The notes beneath the pieces were generated by a model that worked only from the letters and a program-made list of their open reading frames with translations, made no database searches and had not been told where the DNA came from. 64,000 nucleotides of DNA from assembly GCA_028867755.1 (NCBI GenBank), contig JAGWFT010000001.1:1028727-1092726 (forward strand), in the 5' to 3' direction. The translations under genes and the position numbers were made by a program. Positions 28,744 to 37,021 of this stretch are shown here, piece after piece. Position 1 is the first letter of the stretch; every line of letters begins with the position of its first letter. Source of the stretch: Nitrososphaerota archaeon (GTDB taxonomy: Archaea; Thermoproteota; Nitrososphaeria; Nitrososphaerales; Nitrosopumilaceae).

Positions 28744-28977
28744 ATGGCCAAGGAAAAGAAAAAAGAGACAAAAAAGCCTGCAAAAAAGGAGATCAAAAAG
28801 AAGGATTCCCCTAAAGCAAAACCAAAAGAAAAAACCAAACTCAAAGAGGATATCATAGAGGAGGATTCAGGCATAATTGTCGTGGAGGATGACACAGATG
28901 TGGACAAGGAAGCTGAATTAGAAGCCAGAAAGGCGTATCTTGAAGAAGCCAGATCACAAGAAGCAGGCGATGATTAA
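28744..28977 (+). CDS. Highly charged hypothetical protein (Lys-rich N half, acidic C half)
   Basis: 77 aa with strong charge segregation. Confidence 0.65.
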   Translation: MAKEKKKETKKPAKKEIKKKDSPKAKPKEKTKLKEDIIEEDSGIIVVEDDTDVDKEAELEARKAYLEEARSQEAGDD

Positions 28978-29043
28978 GATTTAGTTTTATTTGGTTTTAT
29001 CTTGTGCATAAACACTTATCCGTAATAATGCGATTAAAAGATC

Positions 29044-29292
29044 GTGAGAGCACTGTGCTTAATTACAGTTAAACCTGGAAAGGTGGATAATGTTCTAAGA
29101 ATTTTGCAGAAGATACGAAAAATCATTAAAGAAACCATGGTAGTTACTGGTAGAGCAGACATAATAGTAGTTTTACAGGGTACAATAGATGAGATTAACA
29201 ACATGGTGATAGATTTCAAGAAAATAAAGGAAATCGTATCAACAGAAACCCTAATTGAAGTGGAGGTTGATTTAGGTTGGTCAAAGCCGTAG
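29044..29292 (+). CDS. Stand-alone Lrp/AsnC ligand-binding domain protein
   Basis: ALCLITVKPG, VTGRADIIVV, STETLI. Confidence 0.82.
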   Translation: MRALCLITVKPGKVDNVLRILQKIRKIIKETMVVTGRADIIVVLQGTIDEINNMVIDFKKIKEIVSTETLIEVEVDLGWSKP

Positions 29293-29495
29293 TTCTAGTC
29301 AAATCCCCTAAAAAGTTGATTGCTGCAAGGCTACGCATGGTTAAATCAGTTTATGACTCATTTGCCGTAAGTGGGCAGTTTGATGCTGTGGCATTAATTG
29401 AGGTAAAAGAGCTATCTGGGATTAAAGAAGTTACTACTGAGATTCAGAACATACGAGGCGTGGAAAGAACCGAAACTATGGTTCAAGTTGTATAA
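29277..29495 (+). CDS. Stand-alone Lrp/AsnC ligand-binding domain protein
   Basis: VSGQFDAVALI, IQNIRGVERTETM; overlaps the previous gene by 16 nt. Confidence 0.82.
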   Translation: MVKAVVLVKSPKKLIAARLRMVKSVYDSFAVSGQFDAVALIEVKELSGIKEVTTEIQNIRGVERTETMVQVV

Positions 29496-29531
29496 CATAA
29501 TAGTTTTAACTTTGGAGTTTTTAGGTCTTAT

Positions 29532-29942
29532 ATGAACATAAAGCACCTTGGGAGCGTCGTGATAGCCGTTTCCAACATGGACAAATCTATCCAATTTTAT
29601 AGTGAAATAATAGGACTGCCAATCAAGAACAAAAGAGGCGATTGGGCAGAGTTGGGAAGAGATGGTGCTACAGTAATACTACACCCTGCCTCAAAACCAA
29701 TCAATACTGGAACTTCAATTGAAAATGGCATTGTTATCGGTTTGATTGTTGGAGATGTAGAATCTGCAGTGCAAGAACTAAAATCAAAAAAAGTTACCAT
29801 ATATCGAGAAATTACCATACACAAAGCAGGAAAGAATTGTATTGTTCTTGACCCAGACAAGTACATGATCTCATTGTTTGAACCATCAGCAGAAGGTGGC
29901 CCACGACAAGCAAGAGGCTTTCATGGCTTTGCTCCAGTCTAG
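29532..29942 (+). CDS. VOC/glyoxalase family protein
   Basis: VSNMDKSIQFYSEIIGL, DPDKYMISL. Confidence 0.87.
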   Translation: MNIKHLGSVVIAVSNMDKSIQFYSEIIGLPIKNKRGDWAELGRDGATVILHPASKPINTGTSIENGIVIGLIVGDVESAVQELKSKKVTIYREITIHKAGKNCIVLDPDKYMISLFEPSAEGGPRQARGFHGFAPV

Positions 29943-30331
29943 ATTACTTTTTTAATTTTAGAAATAATTTTAGCAATTCCATCTGAGGTTATGCCTTTGC
30001 CTAATGAAATATAATAAATTCCTTCATTGCTTTGAAAAACTACCAATGTCACCTTCGCATGTTTGAATATGGCGTAATCCATCTTTCCTATCGTGATATC
30101 TATTTTATTGCGTATGTTAAACAGCACAGATACCAAAAAGAATTCGTTTCTTGCAGATTCTGGTTTTAAAAGAATGCTAGTTCCAGGCTTAACTATTCCA
30201 GTTAATGTCCTTCCATATTCATTTACAAGCCCAACATATCGTATTGAGGAAGATAGATTGAGAATCCGCTGGCATTTTTTTCGATATTTTAAAATTTCTT
30301 CATTCCATTTTTGATTTGGTGTCTTATTCAT
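29939..30331 (-). CDS. DUF6659-like small protein (paralog of 28264-28623)
   Basis: CQRILNLSSSIRYVGLVN, KVTLVVF. Confidence 0.65.
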   Translation of the reverse strand: MNKTPNQKWNEEILKYRKKCQRILNLSSSIRYVGLVNEYGRTLTGIVKPGTSILLKPESARNEFFLVSVLFNIRNKIDITIGKMDYAIFKHAKVTLVVFQSNEGIYYISLGKGITSDGIAKIISKIKKVI

Positions 30332-30368
30332 AACGAACGTAATGCCATCTGTCTTTATAAAGTTCGAC

Positions 30369-30740
30369 CTAGTTTTTCTTTTCTTTGTTTTTTGCAGTCT
30401 TTAGAGCAACATTTTCCTGTCGTAGTCGTTCATTTTCTTCTTGTAACATATCCACTGCTTGTGTTTTAGAATGAATTGGATGTCCTGGCGCGAATTGATT
30501 TGGAGCCATATTGAATAAACCTGATGCATAGCGCTGGAAAGTTGCATGATATCCATCTAGCCTTCCCATCATTGCATCTTTGTCACGCACAATAGTGTCT
30601 TTAATTTTGCCAGCATTTGAAATTCCAAGTGGTGGATTTACACGTGGTGGGAGTCTTGGGAATGCAAAAGGCGAACTAAGCATATCAAACGGTTGATTGT
30701 ACAAATCTAATACCCTTTTAGCATGAATATAATCCCACAT
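30369..30740 (-). CDS. Hypothetical protein with C-terminal coiled coil
   Basis: 123 aa; Pro-rich middle and LQEENERLRQEN heptads. Confidence 0.7.
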   Translation of the reverse strand: MWDYIHAKRVLDLYNQPFDMLSSPFAFPRLPPRVNPPLGISNAGKIKDTIVRDKDAMMGRLDGYHATFQRYASGLFNMAPNQFAPGHPIHSKTQAVDMLQEENERLRQENVALKTAKNKEKKN

Positions 30741-30883
30741 AACAGCAAGTCTAGTTGGCCCTTATTTCATGTTTACGCACAAACTCATTCATTAGATAAC
30801 CTATCATGTCAAGTGCTGGTCATTTTTTATCAAATTCCGTTGATCGCAGATCCTTATAGAATGGCCAGATCGAGATCAAACAA

Positions 30884-31033
30884 ATGTCAAAAACAATATC
30901 CATGAACTGTATAAAATGTAAAAAAAATATTATTTCAACAGATTTATACAAAATTGTAATGTATATTGTTGATCAAAAGTTTACCGATCATCATTATGAA
31001 CATGTTGAATGCCCAGACAAATTCATCATCTAA
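30884..31033 (+). CDS. 49-aa Zn-binding microprotein (CxxC...HxxC)
   Basis: Manual translation MSKTISMNCIKCKKNIISTDLYKIVMYIVDQKFTDHHYEHVECPDKFII; 4-nt convergent overlap with the cyclase stop. Confidence 0.6.
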   Translation: MSKTISMNCIKCKKNIISTDLYKIVMYIVDQKFTDHHYEHVECPDKFII

Positions 31034-31821
31034 ACATGTAATGCATAAACATCATAGATTTTTCCAGTTTCTTTATCGTGATACGTCCATTGGTTTCCGT
31101 GCCATTCTACTTTTTTGAACAGATCTCTTAGAGATGGATGAAGTTTTTCATAAACATCTTCACCAATTAAGATCTGATTTGGCCTTGCTAACGCAGTAAT
31201 CTTTGCAGCTATGCTTACTGCTGGGCCCAAAATATCTACATGCGATCTAAGTTTATCAGATCCATATCTTACTATTGCATTTTCGCCAAAATCCATTCCT
31301 ATTTTTACACGTAGGTCTGGATAGTCGTATTCGCTTAGAATTGGATTGATCCCTCGCTCTATAACATCGATCATGGCTTTTGCACAGTTTACTGCACTAT
31401 CTGAAACAACAAGTGGGTTTTCTTCTGCAACAAAATAACCTATGACTGCATCACCTACATACTTGAGTACATAGCCTCCATAATTTCTAATCACGTATCT
31501 CATTTCCTGAGAAAATGAACTGATAATTATGCCCAATTTCTCTGCCGGTAGGATTAAAGACATTTCTGTCGAACCGACAAGATCTACAAACACTACAATC
31601 ATGTGCTGTCTTTGTGAAACATGTTCACGTAGGAACTGGTCAGACTCATCTTCCGAATACCCGTATTCGTACCCTTTTTTGAGAGACCCCCAAACCCTCT
31701 TTTGAGTTTCTTTAATGAGCGATTCAGTATCAAGACAGCCTGTCTTTCCACCGCTTAGCATCATATCCACTATATTACTAGTGTTCTTCTCTTCTGGCTT
31801 GGACTCTGATTCGTTACTCAT
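31030..31821 (-). CDS. Class III adenylate/guanylate cyclase
   Basis: VFVDLVGST, KYVGDAV, RVKIGMDFG, DILGPAVSIAAKI. Confidence 0.9.
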   Translation of the reverse strand: MSNESESKPEEKNTSNIVDMMLSGGKTGCLDTESLIKETQKRVWGSLKKGYEYGYSEDESDQFLREHVSQRQHMIVVFVDLVGSTEMSLILPAEKLGIIISSFSQEMRYVIRNYGGYVLKYVGDAVIGYFVAEENPLVVSDSAVNCAKAMIDVIERGINPILSEYDYPDLRVKIGMDFGENAIVRYGSDKLRSHVDILGPAVSIAAKITALARPNQILIGEDVYEKLHPSLRDLFKKVEWHGNQWTYHDKETGKIYDVYALHV

Positions 31822-31826
31822 TTATC

Positions 31827-31958
31827 TCACTCTAATGGAAAATTTACTCCGCACACTGGACATTGACCTCTTTCTCCTTTGTATTTTATATCAAAGTATT
31901 GCACAATTTCTGCGTTGCAATTCCAGCATATTATCTTCCTAAATGAGGATTTTGCCAT
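31827..31958 (-). CDS. 43-aa zinc-ribbon microprotein (CWNC...CPVCG)
   Basis: Manual translation MAKSSFRKIICWNCNAEIVQYFDIKYKGERGQCPVCGVNFPLE; stop lies 5 nt before the cyclase ATG. Confidence 0.75.
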   Translation of the reverse strand: MAKSSFRKIICWNCNAEIVQYFDIKYKGERGQCPVCGVNFPLE

Positions 31959-32033
31959 CTCGTATAATGAAAATTGCTCATATTGATATTTAAACTACCT
32001 ATCAGTTTTATTTAAGAGGGATAAGAAAAAACA

Positions 32034-32870
32034 GTGCAAATTCCATCGAACTCGGCGGATTCTTTTGTAAAATCAATGTCAGAAAAGAGTGAACAGATAC
32101 GCTTGTTGTTCCTTGAACATATCAAGAATCTTACCGTCAAGGCACAAGTAAAAGTAATGCTAGGAGATGGCACTGTTTCAGATCAAGAGTCATTTGACCC
32201 AGCGGCAGTAAGACAATTTTATGATTCCATTTTAAGAAAATTGCCAGATTGGACAACTGATGGTGTATCAGTCACAACAGATCGAGACCTAAGACGCAGT
32301 TTTATCAAGATTGAAGCAAGAGATGGAAATTACATCTTGTCGGCACATATGTCACTTCAGTATCATGCCTTACTTTTCTATAAACTTGACCATGCTGTAC
32401 TTGACATACAAAAAGAACTATCAGAAATAAGCGACAAAGTAAAGGAACTTCTGGAGAACATGGCACCACAAAGCGATAGAGCAATAGAAGAAAAATTAAA
32501 ACAAAAAGGATATGAGGGCATGGATCAGCAAAAACTCTTCGAAGTTTTATTCGAACATGACGACTTGACACAGGAACTAACAGAATCGCTGAAGTCAAGC
32601 CAAAAACAAATTAATGATCTAAAAGAAAGACAGAGTTTTCTTTTCAAAGAACTAGATAATATGTTAATTGAAGTATATCATACAACTCCAGTAATGATCG
32701 ATGAGATGAAAATGATTGCTGCAGAAGAAGGTTGTCTGTGTGTTTTCAATTTAGAACATATGAAAAGTAACTCAAGAGAGGGAAATCTTGATCCTGCAAG
32801 AATACAACCAAAGATAAAAGATAATTTGCTCAAACATATGGACGATATAGAAAAAGTGTTAAAAATTTAA
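32034..32870 (+). CDS. Conserved hypothetical protein, coiled-coil rich
   Basis: 278-aa ORF, GTG start. Confidence 0.75.
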   Translation: MQIPSNSADSFVKSMSEKSEQIRLLFLEHIKNLTVKAQVKVMLGDGTVSDQESFDPAAVRQFYDSILRKLPDWTTDGVSVTTDRDLRRSFIKIEARDGNYILSAHMSLQYHALLFYKLDHAVLDIQKELSEISDKVKELLENMAPQSDRAIEEKLKQKGYEGMDQQKLFEVLFEHDDLTQELTESLKSSQKQINDLKERQSFLFKELDNMLIEVYHTTPVMIDEMKMIAAEEGCLCVFNLEHMKSNSREGNLDPARIQPKIKDNLLKHMDDIEKVLKI

Positions 32871-32911
32871 AAATTGTTTATATCTTGGTCTTTTTTATCT
32901 ATTGATACTTT

Positions 32912-32985
32912 AGTCAAGGGGCCCATGGAACTGGGACGAGGTGTCTCATAGATATGGGGAGTTGACACCAAGTGACCCCTTGACT
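32912..32985 (+). ncRNA. Candidate structured RNA (three-way junction); family unknown
   Basis: P1 AGTCAAGGGG/CCCCTTGACT (10 bp perfect), P2 CCCA/TGGG, P3 GGTGTC/GACACC with inner TCAT/ATGG; 40 of 74 bases G+C in an AT-rich intergenic region. Strand chosen only because it allows a G-U pair. Confidence 0.5.
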
Positions 32986-33158
32986 TCTTAGATCTGAGAT
33001 CTCAACCAAATGATATTTAGCCTTTTCCAGATCCTTGAAAATTTTAGAAAAAAAGAAACATGCAATGTAATTTTTGCATTAATTGTACCCAAAAAGCAAA
33101 AATGCTCAATATTTTTTGGCCTTGAATTATTTAAGAAACCAAATATACGGTAATCAGA

Positions 33159-34379
33159 GTGAGGATGTTGTTGAATCTAACCTATGATGATATTGTAAAA
33201 TCCCAAAAAATCCAGGGGAGAGTAATACGTAGGACCCCCCTGGAATTATCACGTACTTTTAGCCAGATGACAGGTTCCCAAGTTTACCTAAAATCAGAAT
33301 GTTTGCAAAAAACTGGCTCATTTAAGGTTCGTGGGGCATATGCAAAGATTGCTACTTTGACTGCAGAAGAGAAAAGGAAAGGAGTGATTGCAGCATCGGC
33401 CGGAAACCATGCTCAAGGTGTTGCATTTGCGTCAGCATTAGAAAAAATTCCATGCACGATTGTAATGCCTGTCACTGCATCGCCTGCAAAGGTGTCAGCA
33501 ACTAGATCATATGGTGCAAATGTTGTACTATATGGCACCATTTATGACGAATCATGGTCTAAGGCGCAAGAACTATCAAAAAGAACTGGAGCCACAATAA
33601 TACATGCATTTGATGATGAAACTGTTATCGCAGCACAAGGAGTAATAGGCCTTGAGATAATGCATGATCTTCCAAACGTTGACGAGATCTATGTTCCAAT
33701 AGGAGGCGGCGGTCTTGCAGCTGGAATTTTGAGAGCAGTCAAGTCAAAAAAGCCACATGTCAAAGTCATTGGAGTCCAGTCATCTGCATTTCCAGCGATG
33801 AAGAAATCCTTTGACTCGGGCAAACTTGAAGCAGTGCGAGGACAGAGAACAATCGCAGATGGCATCTCAGTAAAAAAGCCTGGCGAGTCCACATTTAAGA
33901 TAATCAATGAGATGATTGACGATGTAGTTCTAGTGGATGATTCTCAGATTGTCAAGGCCATGTTTCTTTTAATGGAGAGGGCTAAAATGGTAGTAGAGCC
34001 AGCAGGAGCAGTGAGCCTTGCATATCTTCTTGACAAAAAGCCTACCAAAGGAAAGAGAGTGGTCCCAATACTCTCTGGAGGTAATGTTGACATGTACTTG
34101 CTTGGTCAAATAGTTGCCAAAGGTCTAACCGAGATGAGAAGGATGGTCAAGATCTTCATTGTGCTTACTGACAAGCCAGGAGCCCTAAAAGAAGTGGTGG
34201 ATGTGATATCATCCCTAAGCGTGAACATAGTTGAAGTTGTTCATGACAGATTGAGCTCAAACATTCCAGCTGGTACAGCCGGGGTAACTTTGAGTCTAGA
34301 AACTGAGAATCCCAAGCATGCAGAACGCCTCATAGCAAATCTAAGGCAAAGAAACATCATATTCAAGATAGTCACCTGA
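33159..34379 (+). CDS. ilvA: Threonine ammonia-lyase (dehydratase) with C-terminal ACT domain
   Basis: KSECLQKTGSFKVRGA, ASAGNHAQG, GGGGL, VEPAGA, SGGNVD, DKPGAL. Confidence 0.93.
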   Translation: MRMLLNLTYDDIVKSQKIQGRVIRRTPLELSRTFSQMTGSQVYLKSECLQKTGSFKVRGAYAKIATLTAEEKRKGVIAASAGNHAQGVAFASALEKIPCTIVMPVTASPAKVSATRSYGANVVLYGTIYDESWSKAQELSKRTGATIIHAFDDETVIAAQGVIGLEIMHDLPNVDEIYVPIGGGGLAAGILRAVKSKKPHVKVIGVQSSAFPAMKKSFDSGKLEAVRGQRTIADGISVKKPGESTFKIINEMIDDVVLVDDSQIVKAMFLLMERAKMVVEPAGAVSLAYLLDKKPTKGKRVVPILSGGNVDMYLLGQIVAKGLTEMRRMVKIFIVLTDKPGALKEVVDVISSLSVNIVEVVHDRLSSNIPAGTAGVTLSLETENPKHAERLIANLRQRNIIFKIVT

Positions 34380-34393
34380 GAGAGTGTCTAGTG

Positions 34394-35647
34394 TTAACCA
34401 CTTTGCCCAGAAACTAGCATGTAAGAATCAAGTGTAATTATCAACATAGTGAAAAACACTGCTACAATTGATGTTATTTTCCTATTTACAAACTGCCCCA
34501 TAATTTTCTTGTTTGTTGTAAATATTACTAATGGGATAATCGCTAATGGTATCAATAGACTGAGTATCACTTGACTGTATACTAGTATCTGTAATGGATC
34601 AAATCCCAAAAATATTGCAACAGTTGTTGGTATGACATTTATGAATCTCGTGACCAATCTCCTAATCCAGACATTGACCTTTCTACCAAGAAACCCTTCC
34701 ATTACCACCTGTCCTGCCAATGTACCTGCCACAGATGAAGCCAGTCCAGAGGACAGTAGTGTGATCAGAAAAATCATGCCAGCTGCAATCCCAAATACTG
34801 GGATGAGGGTCTTGTAAGCGTCTGAAATTGATTCTATCTGAGAGTGTGCTGGGTTGAATGCAACTGCTGACATTATCAAAATTGCCGCATTTATGATACC
34901 AGCTATTGTTAGAACTATGACAGTCTCAGCGAGATGAAATTTTCTCATCTTGTTTTTTGCTTCAATAGTTTTTCCTTGCGCTCTCTCCTTAGTTAGGGAA
35001 GAATGTAGAAATACAACATGCGGCATTACAGTTGCACCAATTATCCCTACTGATACAAACAATGCATGAGCATTTTCAAATCCAGGTACAAGAGAGTGCA
35101 AGACTATTTGTGTAGGATCTGGTCTTGCAGTAAGTATCTCGTACAAATAACCAAAACTTATGATTGAGACAAAAAGTAAAAAGAGTTGTTCAAGAAGACG
35201 AAACCTCCTAGAGGTCAATCCAATGATAACTATTACATCTACTGCACCAAATATTGCAGCATACATTAGAGGTACATTAAACAAGAGATTTAGAGCGATA
35301 ACAGTTCCAAGATACTCTGCAAGATCAGTAGCTGCAACTACAATCTCAGTACTCAGCCAATATGGAATAATGAAAATTCTTCTGCCAAGTTTTTCGCGTA
35401 GTATCTCTGCCAGTGATTTCCCAGTGGCAATGCCCAATTTCCCTGAGAGATATTGAATCAACATGGCCATAGCACTTGATAGCCAGACTATCCAGAGTAG
35501 AGAGTACCCAAAAGATGCACCACCTTGGATATCAGTGCCATAGTTTCCAGGATCCATATATCCAATACTTACAATTAGAGCAGGACCAGAGTATGCGATG
35601 AATCTAGATATTGCATTCCTAGTTTCCACTAGTCGATTGGATATCAT
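34394..35647 (-). CDS. mntH: NRAMP-family Mn2+/Fe2+ transporter
   Basis: DPGN, GATVMPHVVFLHS, GTLAGQVVMEGF. Confidence 0.95.
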   Translation of the reverse strand: MISNRLVETRNAISRFIAYSGPALIVSIGYMDPGNYGTDIQGGASFGYSLLWIVWLSSAMAMLIQYLSGKLGIATGKSLAEILREKLGRRIFIIPYWLSTEIVVAATDLAEYLGTVIALNLLFNVPLMYAAIFGAVDVIVIIGLTSRRFRLLEQLFLLFVSIISFGYLYEILTARPDPTQIVLHSLVPGFENAHALFVSVGIIGATVMPHVVFLHSSLTKERAQGKTIEAKNKMRKFHLAETVIVLTIAGIINAAILIMSAVAFNPAHSQIESISDAYKTLIPVFGIAAGMIFLITLLSSGLASSVAGTLAGQVVMEGFLGRKVNVWIRRLVTRFINVIPTTVAIFLGFDPLQILVYSQVILSLLIPLAIIPLVIFTTNKKIMGQFVNRKITSIVAVFFTMLIITLDSYMLVSGQSG

Positions 35648-35670
35648 GTGTTGTATGAACAGAATTTCTA

Positions 35671-35717
35671 ATATAAAACTTAGCTTAATCTACATAATTT
35701 AGCTTAGCCTAAATTTG
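35671..35717 (-). promoter_or_regulatory. mntH promoter: TATA box plus DtxR/IdeR-like operator(s)
   Basis: TTTTATAT 24-31 nt upstream of ATG; TTAGCTTAGCCTAAATTTG (35699-35717) matches 15/19 of TWAGGTWAGSCTWACCTWA; a weaker copy starts at 35680. Confidence 0.5.
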
Positions 35718-35763
35718 AATGGTAGAAGGGATGTTATTATAGAGAAAATCAAAACGTACCTAG

Positions 35764-36195
35764 TTGACAAGATCAAAACATCAATGGAAAGGTAATTTAC
35801 GTCTTAATTGGACGGATATCGAAACCTGTGTAAAGATTCTTTCAAACAAGATAAGAGACACAGGTTTTGAATTTGAAAAGATTGCCACAGTATCAAGAGG
35901 GGGATTGATTCCTGCCAGATTGATAGCCGACCAATTTGATGTAAAGACAATACTTGTTGACAGGCATAAGATTCCAGCAAAAACACTATTTGTAGATGAT
36001 ATCTATGATTCTGGCAAAACTTTCAGGAAAATCATTTCGCAAGTAAAATCACCTGAAAGTTTTGTGTATGCTACACTAATGGCACGAAACAGGACAAAAT
36101 ATCCAAAACATCTAGTCTATGCAAAAAAAACCAAAGGCATGGAATATGTGGTATTTCCTTGGGACATGATAGAACATGACCTAAAAAATAATTAA
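35764..36195 (+). CDS. Type I phosphoribosyltransferase (purine PRT-like)
   Basis: VSRGGLIPA, FVDDIYDSGKT, YVVFPWD. Confidence 0.87.
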   Translation: MTRSKHQWKGNLRLNWTDIETCVKILSNKIRDTGFEFEKIATVSRGGLIPARLIADQFDVKTILVDRHKIPAKTLFVDDIYDSGKTFRKIISQVKSPESFVYATLMARNRTKYPKHLVYAKKTKGMEYVVFPWDMIEHDLKNN

Positions 36196-36220
36196 TATCG
36201 GCAATAATCATTTAACCAAG

Positions 36221-36673
36221 ATGGCATTTGATGATATTGACACTCTAAGTCTTACATTTGATAAACTACAATACATTTTTAGAGGATATGATGCAATTCT
36301 GAATTCTTTTCTTGAGACAAATGCAGCTTATAGACAAGGAACTGTTTCAGATCGAGAGTTTTTTGACAAAATACAGGAAAGCATAATGCGCTTTTCTGCA
36401 TTAGAGTTTTTATCAATAAAATCTATTTTTGAAATTAAGAAAACACTAAACCGAGGAGTTGTGGCTAAAAATATTACTACGATTGGAGACCAATCTGCTA
36501 CAAGTGCTCGCACCACAAGCCACTCGGTTGCTTCGTTTGTTGTTGCAGGAACTTTACCTAGATCAGACACACAGACAACTATTCCTCAAACCAAGAACAA
36601 GAACTGCATGCAATGCGGAAGTTTGATCAGACAGAATTCAAAGTTTTGTACTAACTGCGGCAATAAGGCTTGA
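36221..36673 (+). CDS. Hypothetical protein with C-terminal zinc ribbon
   Basis: CMQCG...KFCTNCG at the C-terminus. Confidence 0.8.
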   Translation: MAFDDIDTLSLTFDKLQYIFRGYDAILNSFLETNAAYRQGTVSDREFFDKIQESIMRFSALEFLSIKSIFEIKKTLNRGVVAKNITTIGDQSATSARTTSHSVASFVVAGTLPRSDTQTTIPQTKNKNCMQCGSLIRQNSKFCTNCGNKA

Positions 36674-36720
36674 ATTTGTAATGCTCAATAACTGTGCGGT
36701 AAACTGTATTTTGTATATAA

Positions 36721-36922
36721 CTAGGCGCCAGTTTTCATTTGTTTTGATCTGCGCTTTGCTATTGCACCACTTATTATGGAAACAACTAGAAGTGCAAAAG
36801 CTATTTCAGTATAATATTGATAATTTACACTTTTGATATCCATGAATGATACAATGATGAAAACAAATCCAATGGCTGCCAGTACAAAACTTAGAACACC
36901 GAGGCTATTTTTTGACGTGCAT
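36721..36922 (-). pseudogene. Two-TM small membrane protein interrupted by one extra A in an A6 run
   Basis: ATG CAC GTC AAA AAA TAG stops at once; removing one A gives a 66-aa ORF MHVKNSLGVLSFVLAAIGFVFIIVSFMDIK...RRSKQMKTGA. Confidence 0.55.
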
Positions 36923-37021
36923 TATGTGTAAATTGAGATATATTTCAACACTGCCATACGATTATTTTTGATGGATCTTTATTATAACAATTAATATCAA
37001 CTTCGTACGTAGTGAAAAAAA

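Noticed and set aside
30723-30905. 60-aa + strand ORF in the track
   Set aside because: No motif; it overlaps the start of the opposite gene and the better 49-aa ORF at 30884.
32912-32985. Assignment of the structured element to tRNA, TPP, yybP-ykoY, hammerhead, HDV-like, C/D box or SECIS families
   Set aside because: Only short partial matches (GGGGAG, CCUCGU, nearby CUGAGA) without the required order or conserved cores.
33060-33110. Short TGCAA/TTGCA and AGCA-N4-TGCT palindromes before ilvA as Lrp sites
   Set aside because: Arms of 4-5 bp are too short to separate from chance.
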